Below are positions 36,800 to 44,337 of a DNA stretch of 64,000 bases, in pieces. Position 1 is the stretch's first letter, and every line of letters starts with the position of its first letter. The DNA comes from Clostridia bacterium. GTDB taxonomy: Bacteria > Bacillota > Clostridia > TANB77 > CAG-465. The translations under genes and the position numbers were made by a program. The notes beneath the pieces are model-generated. The model searched no databases and was not told where the DNA came from. It saw only the letters and a list, made by a program, of their open reading frames with translations. The DNA lies in the NCBI GenBank assembly GCA_045611765.1, contig JAZKXT010000012.1, positions 7,759 through 71,758 on the forward strand, read 5' to 3'.

Positions 36800-38947
36800 A
36801 TGAATGAACAAATAATAAACAGCATAGCAGCAAATTTAAATGTAAGAACAAATCAAGTAAAAAGTGTTTTGGATTTACTAGAACAAGGAAATACAATCCC
36901 TTTTATAGCTAGATATAGAAAAGAAGCAACGGGTGCTCTTGACGAAGAACAAATTAGAAGTATTAACGAAGTGTATGAATACCAAGTAAATCTTTTAAAA
37001 AGAAAAGAAGACGTTATTAGACTTATAGATGAAAAGGGAATGCTTACAGAAGAACTTGAAAAAGAAATTATGGCAGCTTCCAAGCTTGTTGAGGTTGAAG
37101 ATTTATATAGACCATTTAAGGAAAAGAAAAAGACAAAAGCAACTGAAGCGATTAAGCTTGGATTACAGCCATTAGCAGATAAGATATTAGAATTTCCTAT
37201 AAACGGTTCGTTAGAAAATTTAGCAAAGGATTTTATTACAGATAAAGTTGAAACAGTTGAAGCAGCACTAACAGGAGCTAAATATATAATTGCCGAAAAT
37301 ATAAGCGATAATAGTAGATTTAGAGGATGGATTAGAAAATATACATATAACTTTGGAACATTAGTGTCTAAGAAAAAGAAAAATGCCGAAGATGAAAATC
37401 ATGTTTATGATATGTATTATGAATATTCAGAATCTATAAAACATGTAAAGCCGCATAGAGTACTTGCATTAAATAGGGGGGAAAAAGAAGGCGTTTTAAG
37501 TGTAGCAATAGCTGTAGATAATACAGATATATTAGCACATATAGAAAAGTTCAGTATAAAAAATAAAAACTCATTTGTAGTAAATACAGTTAAAGAAGCT
37601 ATAGTTGATTCTTATGATAGACTTATTGCTCCAAGTATTGAAAGAGAAATACGTTCAGAGCTAACAGAAAAAAGCAGTGAAGTTGCAATAAATGTATTTG
37701 CTAAAAACTTAGAGAAACTATTACTTCAACCACCTATGAAAGATAAAACTGTGCTTGGTCTAGATCCGGCATTTAGAACTGGTTGTAAGCTTGCAGTAAT
37801 AGATAGAACAGGTAAGTATTTAGATATATCTGTTATATATCCTCATGAACCAAAGAACGAAACGTTAAAAGCAAAATTGCATGTATTAAACTTAATAGAT
37901 AAATTTAATATAGATATAATAGCTATAGGAAATGGTACCGCTTCAAGAGAAAGTGAAGCTTTCATTGTGGATGTAATAAAAGATGCAAAAAGAAAAGTGG
38001 AGTACATTATAGTAAATGAGGCTGGGGCAAGTGTGTATTCGGCGTCGAAACTTGCAATAAGTGAATTCCCAGATTTACACGTTGAAGAAAGAAGTGCAAT
38101 TTCTATTGCAAGAAGACTTCAAGATCCGTTATCTGAACTTGTTAAAATAGATTCTAAATCTATTGGAGTAGGACAATACCAACATGATGTACCAGAAAAA
38201 AGGTTAGATGAATCATTAGATTTTGTTGTATCTAAAGCAGTTAATATGGTTGGCGTAAATATAAATACAGCAAGTGGAGAACTTTTAAAATATGTTTCTG
38301 GAATGAACAAAAAAGCAATAGATAAACTAATTTCATATAGAGATGAAAACGGTAAAATAGTGTCTAGAGAAAAGCTTAAAAAATCTAAAGTTTTAAGCGA
38401 TAAAGTTTATGAACAAGCGATAGGTTTTATGCGTATTGAAGGTGGAGAAAATCCATTGGATAGAACAGGAATACATCCAGAAAGTTATGGTGTAGCAGAA
38501 GCAATATTGAAAATGTTAGAAATGAAAGTGACAGATATAGGCTCTGAGAAGTTAATTGAGGCGTTAGAAAAAACAGATGCAAAAGAACTCGAAGAAACGT
38601 TAAAAACGGATAAATATACGTTAGAGGATGTTATAAAGGCGTTAAAATCACCTGCAAGAGATCCTCGTGATGATTTTGAAAAACCACTTCTTAAAAGTGA
38701 TATATTAAAGCTAGAAGATTTAAAAGTAGGTATGAAACTTCAAGGAACAGTTAGAAATGTTGTAGACTTTGGTGTGTTTATAGATATAGGATTAAAGAAT
38801 GATGGTATGGCACATATTTCAAAACTTACAAATAAATATATTAAGCATCCGCTGGAAGTTGTTAGTGTTGGAGATATTGTTGACTGTTATGTTATTGAAA
38901 TAAAATTAGATAAGAAGAAAGTAGCTTTATCTTTGTTAGAACCTTAA
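36800..38947 (+). CDS. tex: transcription accessory protein Tex (YqgF/RNase-H-like, HhH and S1 domains)
   Basis: Conserved N-terminal IINSIAANLNVRTNQVKSVLDLLEQGNTIPFIARYRKEATG and a C-terminal S1 domain (GMKLQGTVRNVVDFGVFIDIG). Confidence 0.9.
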   Translation: MNEQIINSIAANLNVRTNQVKSVLDLLEQGNTIPFIARYRKEATGALDEEQIRSINEVYEYQVNLLKRKEDVIRLIDEKGMLTEELEKEIMAASKLVEVEDLYRPFKEKKKTKATEAIKLGLQPLADKILEFPINGSLENLAKDFITDKVETVEAALTGAKYIIAENISDNSRFRGWIRKYTYNFGTLVSKKKKNAEDENHVYDMYYEYSESIKHVKPHRVLALNRGEKEGVLSVAIAVDNTDILAHIEKFSIKNKNSFVVNTVKEAIVDSYDRLIAPSIEREIRSELTEKSSEVAINVFAKNLEKLLLQPPMKDKTVLGLDPAFRTGCKLAVIDRTGKYLDISVIYPHEPKNETLKAKLHVLNLIDKFNIDIIAIGNGTASRESEAFIVDVIKDAKRKVEYIIVNEAGASVYSASKLAISEFPDLHVEERSAISIARRLQDPLSELVKIDSKSIGVGQYQHDVPEKRLDESLDFVVSKAVNMVGVNINTASGELLKYVSGMNKKAIDKLISYRDENGKIVSREKLKKSKVLSDKVYEQAIGFMRIEGGENPLDRTGIHPESYGVAEAILKMLEMKVTDIGSEKLIEALEKTDAKELEETLKTDKYTLEDVIKALKSPARDPRDDFEKPLLKSDILKLEDLKVGMKLQGTVRNVVDFGVFIDIGLKNDGMAHISKLTNKYIKHPLEVVSVGDIVDCYVIEIKLDKKKVALSLLEP

Positions 38948-39000
38948 ACAGTAATTTATAATAGTAATATTAATAAGTAAACAAAAAAGAGAGCAGTTTA

Positions 39001-39103
39001 AAGTGCACCCCAAATGTTAAACATTTTTGTCTAACATTTTGGGTGCACTTCAAACTGAACTGAACCCAAAAAGTGTCTAACATTTTGGGTTCAGTTCAGT
39101 TTA
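39001..39103. terminator. twin long hairpins (19 to 20-bp stems) sharing a 16-nt core; bidirectional terminators between tex and the MraZ-like genes
   Basis: Hairpin 1 spans 39001–39050 and hairpin 2 spans 39052–39102. TGTCTAACATTTTGGG occurs at 39028–39043 and again at 39074–39089. Confidence 0.65.
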
Positions 39104-39116
39104 TTTACCTCTATAA

Positions 39117-39425
39117 TTACCTGTTTTCGGGGATATAGAATACTTTTTTAAAAGTTACTCTATTGTTTTGAACATAAAAGCTAATGTTATCGCCCGACTT
39201 AAGATTTAACAGCTCTCTTGCAAGTTTTGGAACAAAGAAGCGATTGTGATCGTCTAAATGAACTTCGCCAAGACAGTAACGCTTGGAGTTTTGTGAAGAA
39301 GGATTGTCTATGAAAAGCTCTTTGCCACAAACGAAAAGTCTTAACTCGTTTGAAAAATCCGTATGAGAAATTTTGATGAGGTCTTTAGGTACAACTAACC
39401 GATTTTGATTGTCAATTTTTGCCAT
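39117..39425 (-). CDS. MraZ/AbrB-like small protein with two D-x-x-x-R swapped-hairpin half-domains (paralog 1)
   Basis: First half-domain IDNQNRLVVPKDLIK and second LDDHNRFFVPKLARELLNLKSGDNISF correspond to the two D-x-x-x-R-[LV]-x-[IV]-P repeats of MraZ. Confidence 0.55.
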   Translation of the reverse strand: MAKIDNQNRLVVPKDLIKISHTDFSNELRLFVCGKELFIDNPSSQNSKRYCLGEVHLDDHNRFFVPKLARELLNLKSGDNISFYVQNNRVTFKKVFYIPENR

Positions 39426-39704
39426 AGTGAATACTCCTTTAAATACTTATAGTTGATAATTGTTGACATCAAGAAAGACAATTGTATTTCTTCATATCTA
39501 TATAATCTGTATTATTATACCATAAGGTAAACATAATATCAATAGCGTTATTATTCTATAGAGAGTAAAGGCTACTAGTTATAAAGAATAGTTTATATTC
39601 TTAAATTTAAATGGGAATTATTTATTAATTTTTGTGTTTAGTTTAAATAATATAACAATACCAGCCTTATATAAAGCTGGTATTATTACATTATTTTGTG
39701 ATAA

Positions 39705-39995
39705 CTACAAAATACGCTTAAATGTAGGCTTGCCCTTGTAGATGGAAAATTCTATTTCATCTCCAGGATTAAAATTGAAAATGCAGCGAATATGTTGGTG
39801 TATAGTAAAAGTATGAGCCGCATTTAAAGTGATGCGCCCTAAACAGGGAATAGAGTAATTTATGGATGATGGATTGTCTATAACGAGATTACCGTTATAA
39901 ACATAAAGACATAACATACGATTTATGTCTATATTACTTTCATTAATAATAGTTTGTGGTAGCGTTATTTGGTAACGCGAATTCATCTTTGACAT
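39705..39995 (-). CDS. MraZ/AbrB-like small protein (paralog 2, divergent)
   Basis: Contains SRYQITLPQTIINE..., shares the IDNPSS motif with paralog 1, and has a second half FNFNPGDEIEF. Confidence 0.5.
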   Translation of the reverse strand: MSKMNSRYQITLPQTIINESNIDINRMLCLYVYNGNLVIDNPSSINYSIPCLGRITLNAAHTFTIHQHIRCIFNFNPGDEIEFSIYKGKPTFKRIL

Positions 39996-40021
39996 AATAT
40001 CTCCTTATAGCCCAACCCAAA

Positions 40022-40354
40022 TTAGTAACTTTTTGTATGTAATGTGTTAAGAATAGATGATGCTTTGAAAAATGATATATTGCCCCGGCAAAAACAACAA
40101 ATGATATTGTCGTTAGGCGATATATTTAAGTATTTGCGTGCAAGACGAGGGACAACAAATCTTCTGTCTTCATCCAAATGGATTATACCAAGGTAGCGGT
40201 ACTCTTCGTTTTGCGGGGTGAGATTTCCTAAAAAGAATTGATTGTACCGAAGAAAGGCGGCGACATCTTTTGAGAAATCTATATCGGCGTTATCTACGAA
40301 AAAGCGTGGAATCGTTAATCGATTCCGGGAATCGAGTTTTGGCATTTGTTTCAC
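40022..40354 (-). CDS. MraZ/AbrB-like small protein (paralog 3)
   Basis: LDSRNRLTIPRFFVD and LDEDRRFVVPRLARKYLNISPNDNI. It is the first gene downstream of the minus-strand promoter TTGTTT-17-TGATATAAT at about 40400–40370. Confidence 0.55.
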   Translation of the reverse strand: MKQMPKLDSRNRLTIPRFFVDNADIDFSKDVAAFLRYNQFFLGNLTPQNEEYRYLGIIHLDEDRRFVVPRLARKYLNISPNDNIICCFCRGNISFFKASSILNTLHTKSY

Positions 40355-40423
40355 TCCTTTAAATTATTATTGCACTATTATATCACAAAGTATACATAAA
40401 AACAAATTAATAACTGCTTAATA

Positions 40424-40452
40424 ATAAAAAAAGAACGATTTAATCGTCCTTT
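40424..40452 (-). terminator. terminator of the por operon
   Basis: Minus strand GGACGATT-TAA-ATCGTTC followed by TTTTTTT. Confidence 0.6.
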
Positions 40453-40478
40453 TAATGAAATATTTATATTTTAACTTT

Positions 40479-41432
40479 TTATTGGCTTGTTAATTTTTCC
40501 ATTTCAAGTAGGTAGTTCCACTTTTTATCTACTTCTTCTTGTATTTCTTGTATCATCCATTCGTTACCTGGTTCGAATAAGTGTTTAAATCTTCTTTGTG
40601 GTTTTAAAAATTCTTCAACAGGTAATTTCTTCGCAGGTTTATATGTAATTTTGTACACACCGTTTACAACTTCATAAAGTGGCCAGAAACAAGTGTCAAC
40701 TGCATATTTTTCAAGCTGTATTAAATCTGATGGTTCATACCCCCAACCTCTAGGACAAGGTGCAAGGGTGTTTATAAATGCAGGCCCAGCAGTATAAATT
40801 GCTTTTTCAGCTTTTTCATATATGTCTTTGAAATTTCCAATCATAGCAGTTTGAGCTACATATGGGATATTATGTTTAACCATTATTTCAGTTAAATCCT
40901 TTCTTGGTTGTGATTTCCCTTTTAAAATCTTACCAACAGGAGAAGTAGTAGCATCTGAAAACTTTGGAGTTGCAGATGAACGTTGAGTACCAGTATTCAT
41001 ATATGCTTCGTTATCGTAACAAACATATACCATATCGTGGCCTCGTTCCATAGCGCCTGACAAACTTTGCAATCCTATATCATAAGTACCGCCGTCACCG
41101 CCAAATGCGATAAATTTAGTATTTTTCTTAATTTTACTTTTTCTACTTAAAGCTTTGTATGCGGCTTCAACACCTGAACAAGTAGCAGCAGCATTTTCAA
41201 ATGCGGAATGTATAAATGAAGAATCTTTCCAAGATGTATATGGGTATATGCAACTAGATACTTCTAAACAACCAGTAGCAGAAGTTATTACAACTTCGTC
41301 TTCAGGTTTTACTGCACGAAGTATTGTACGTATTGCAGGTGGTGCACCACAACCTGCACACATTCTATGTCCGCTGGTAAATCTAACTTTGTTATTTACA
41401 ACTTCTTTTAAACTATATGCCATATGAAACAC
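40479..41432 (-). CDS. porB: 2-oxoacid:ferredoxin oxidoreductase β subunit (TPP-binding), pyruvate/ketoisovalerate type
   Basis: Cys cluster GHRMCAGCGAP and TPP motif GGDGGTYDIGLQSLSGAMERGHDMVYVCYDNEAYMNTG. Confidence 0.85.
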   Translation of the reverse strand: MFHMAYSLKEVVNNKVRFTSGHRMCAGCGAPPAIRTILRAVKPEDEVVITSATGCLEVSSCIYPYTSWKDSSFIHSAFENAAATCSGVEAAYKALSRKSKIKKNTKFIAFGGDGGTYDIGLQSLSGAMERGHDMVYVCYDNEAYMNTGTQRSSATPKFSDATTSPVGKILKGKSQPRKDLTEIMVKHNIPYVAQTAMIGNFKDIYEKAEKAIYTAGPAFINTLAPCPRGWGYEPSDLIQLEKYAVDTCFWPLYEVVNGVYKITYKPAKKLPVEEFLKPQRRFKHLFEPGNEWMIQEIQEEVDKKWNYLLEMEKLTSQ

Positions 41433-41435
41433 CTC

Positions 41436-42611
41436 CTAGTCTCTTACGCCAAGGTAATATGTATTGTTTGCACTATTACCATTTTTAGCAACTTGATTTA
41501 AATCTTCAAATACTTTTTCAATATCTTTAGTTGTTACATCTCTACCACCAAGCCCATAAATATAATTTGAAGTAGGTAGTAGTATGTTACCTTTTGCAAG
41601 TCCAGCTACAATTTCGCTGTACATAGGACCAGACATACCATTTATACTGTCAGCTTTATCCATAATAGCTAAAGCCTTTAAATGTTTAAGTGAATTTGTG
41701 AGTTCAGTATATGGAAGAGGTCTAAACACTCTAGGCTTTAAAAGACCAGCTTTAATACCTTTTTCTCTTAATTCGTCTACAACAACTTTTGCAGTGCCCG
41801 CTGTAGAGTTAAGAACAACAATTCCAATTTCAGCATCATCTAATTTATATGATTCAAACAAGTTATATTTTCTGCCAGAGATTTGCTCAAAGTCTTTAGT
41901 TATTTTTTGTATAACAGCTTTTGAGTCTATCATAGCATCAGCTAATTGTTTTCTATGCTCAAAGAAATAGTTTTGCAAATCTAGTGGCCCCATAGAAACA
42001 TATTCATTGGGATTTAATAAATAATGTTTTGGATTATATTCTCCAACAAAATCTTTTACCACTTTATCTTCAAGTAGTTCTATTGTTTCAACAGAGTGTG
42101 ATGTTATAAAACCATCATAGCATACCATAACAGGTAGCATACACTCTTCAGCAATTTTTACAGCCATTATAATATTATCATAAGCTTCTTGGTTTGTTTC
42201 ACAGTATAGTTGTATGAAACCACAGTCTCTTGCACCCATTGAATCTGAATGGTCGTTGTGTATGTTTATTGGAGCAGATACAGCTCTGTTTACACAAGTT
42301 AAAACTATAGGAAGTCTCATTCCACTTGCAATATATAACATTTCATACATTAGAGATAAACCTTGTGAAGATGTTGCAGACATTACTCTAGCTCCAGCTG
42401 CTGATGCACCTATTGCAGCAGACATAGCAGAGTGTTCGCTTTCAACAGCAACAAATTCTGTATCAACTGTACCATTGGCCACAAAGCTTGAAAAGTATTG
42501 CGGTATTTCTGTTGAAGGCGTTATTGGGTAAACTGGAACAACATCTGGATTAATTTGTTTCATTGCAAAAGCAACAGCTTCATTTCCGCTTAAACGTTCT
42601 CTTTTACTCAT
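41436..42611 (-). CDS. porA: 2-oxoacid:ferredoxin oxidoreductase α subunit
   Basis: Typical PorA N-terminal sequence (LSGNEAVAFAMKQINPDVVPVYPITPSTEI). Start adjusted to MSKRERLSG (ORF track 42629). Confidence 0.8.
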   Translation of the reverse strand: MSKRERLSGNEAVAFAMKQINPDVVPVYPITPSTEIPQYFSSFVANGTVDTEFVAVESEHSAMSAAIGASAAGARVMSATSSQGLSLMYEMLYIASGMRLPIVLTCVNRAVSAPINIHNDHSDSMGARDCGFIQLYCETNQEAYDNIIMAVKIAEECMLPVMVCYDGFITSHSVETIELLEDKVVKDFVGEYNPKHYLLNPNEYVSMGPLDLQNYFFEHRKQLADAMIDSKAVIQKITKDFEQISGRKYNLFESYKLDDAEIGIVVLNSTAGTAKVVVDELREKGIKAGLLKPRVFRPLPYTELTNSLKHLKALAIMDKADSINGMSGPMYSEIVAGLAKGNILLPTSNYIYGLGGRDVTTKDIEKVFEDLNQVAKNGNSANNTYYLGVRD

Positions 42612-42906
42612 TGTCGCAACCTCCTTCATCTACCATTTCTATTGCACCAAAAGGACAAACTTTAGCACAAATGCCACAACCTTTACATTTTGAAAGGTCA
42701 AATCCAATCATTTTTTTACCATCTTCATGTAGAGTTGCATTATCTGGGCAAGGTAAAATACACATCATACAATGTTTGCATTTTTCCTCAATATGTATAG
42801 GTCTTTTATTTCTCCATTCACCTGTAGTAAATCTCTCAGAGTTGCCATGTTCTAATATCATACCAGCCATAGGTAAATCACGAGCTTTCATTTTATCGTT
42901 TATCAT
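42604..42906 (-). CDS. porD: 2-oxoacid:ferredoxin oxidoreductase δ subunit (2×[4Fe-4S] ferredoxin)
   Basis: CKHCMMCILPCP and CKGCGICAKVCP. Confidence 0.85.
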   Translation of the reverse strand: MINDKMKARDLPMAGMILEHGNSERFTTGEWRNKRPIHIEEKCKHCMMCILPCPDNATLHEDGKKMIGFDLSKCKGCGICAKVCPFGAIEMVDEGGCDNE

Positions 42907-42909
42907 ATA

Positions 42910-43479
42910 TTATACCTCCCTTGCTTCATCGTAAGCGCGAAGTACAGCTTTCATATTAGGCTCAATTACATCCGGCTTTTTCTCAAATTTATGTTTGAAT
43001 GAATCTAGCATGTGAGATTCTAAATCTTGTTTTGTCATAAGTCCTGTTATTTTAATAACAGCTGCAAGTAAAGCGGTATTTGGAAAGTTTTTACCAATTG
43101 TCTCAAGTGCTATTTTTGAAGCATCAATTGTATAAATTTTTCCTTTATATTCTTTTAACATTTCTTTTACTTTACTACCTTCAAGACTAGTATTTACGAG
43201 AATCGCACCCGTATCCTTTAAGCCGTTTGTAACATCAACAGAACCAATTAATGTATCATCTACAACTACCACATAATCCGGTTCATATATATTGGAATGA
43301 ATACGTATAGGCTCATTATCTATCCTGTTATAAGCAGTTATAGGAGCGCCCATTCTTTCTGGTCCGTATTCTGGAAATCCTTGAATAAATTTTCCTGTAT
43401 TAAAAGCAACATCGGCAAGTAATAATGATGCAGTTTTAGCACCTTGACCGCCTCTGCCGTGCCATCTAATTTCTATCAT
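42910..43479 (-). CDS. porG: 2-oxoacid:ferredoxin oxidoreductase γ subunit
   Basis: MIEIRWHGRGGQGAKTASLLLADVAF. Confidence 0.85.
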   Translation of the reverse strand: MIEIRWHGRGGQGAKTASLLLADVAFNTGKFIQGFPEYGPERMGAPITAYNRIDNEPIRIHSNIYEPDYVVVVDDTLIGSVDVTNGLKDTGAILVNTSLEGSKVKEMLKEYKGKIYTIDASKIALETIGKNFPNTALLAAVIKITGLMTKQDLESHMLDSFKHKFEKKPDVIEPNMKAVLRAYDEAREV

Positions 43480-43715
43480 AAAACCCTCCTAAATAATAAC
43501 ATAAGTATATATTAATTTAGCTCAAATAGCAAGAAAAAATATATATTTGTATATATTAATAGTTATTAGATATACCCAAAAATATTATAGAGATGGCTCG
43601 AAAAAGTTTTCATAAATATTTACAAATAAAATTCAAGACAGTATAATACACAGCAAGAAGATAAATAAACACTGACGAATTGCAAAAATATGCATAATTC
43701 GACAGAAAATATTTT

Positions 43716-43744
43716 GTTGACAATGGATAAAAGTAAGATATAAT
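43716..43744 (+). promoter_or_regulatory. sigma-A promoter of the toxin-antitoxin-like locus
   Basis: TTGACA at 43716–43721, a 17-nt spacer, and TATAAT at 43739–43744. Confidence 0.55.
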
Positions 43745-43766
43745 AACGTTAAGGGAGGAAAATAGT

Positions 43767-44285
43767 ATGAAAAATTTAAAAGGAAAAGAAACAACAACAG
43801 AGCAAGAAGCAAAAGACTATTTTGAAACGCAAGAGCCATTAGATGACATTATGCAATATCTAGATATGGATGAAGTTATAAAAGGAATTGAAAAAGCTGA
43901 GAGAGAAATAGCAAATGGTGAAGGAATAGAATTCAGGGAGGCCTTTAGAATGCTTCGTAAGGAGGTGCTAGGTGAATTTAGCATTATTGTAGCACCGTCT
44001 TTTGACATAATGTTAACAGAGGTGTTGTATCGAAATAAATATTATAGTAATTCGTATACAAACAATATACTTAACAAAATTTATGTAGCAATAAGTGTGT
44101 TAGAAACATTTCCTTATGCCACTCCTAGTGTAAAATTTAAACATAAGACATGGTAATACAGAAAGTATATTGTAAATAATAGGTTTTTAATTATATATAA
44201 AATAGAGCAAGATAATATCTATTTGTTGTATTTTATAGATGCACGAATGAGATACGAAAATTATTTTAAAGTTCATGTAGATTAG
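43767..44285 (+). pseudogene. decayed type II toxin-antitoxin locus: antitoxin-like N-terminus fused in frame to a ParE/RelE-like toxin interrupted by an in-frame TAA at 44154–44156
   Basis: Residues 1–68 are antitoxin-like (...IEKAEREIANGEGIEFREAFRMLRKEV). The sequence then runs without a stop into a ParE-like N-terminus (FSIIVAPSFDIMLTEVLYRNKYY...LETFPYATPS). After the TAA, the same frame continues as YRKYIVNNRFLIIYKIEQDNIYLLYFIDARMRYENYF, a typical RelE/ParE C-terminus, up to the TAG at 44283–44285. Confidence 0.5.
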
Positions 44286-44337
44286 TTTTATTCAGTTTTT
44301 TATTTATTATTTTATTCGAGTTTTCTAAAGAGGTTTT

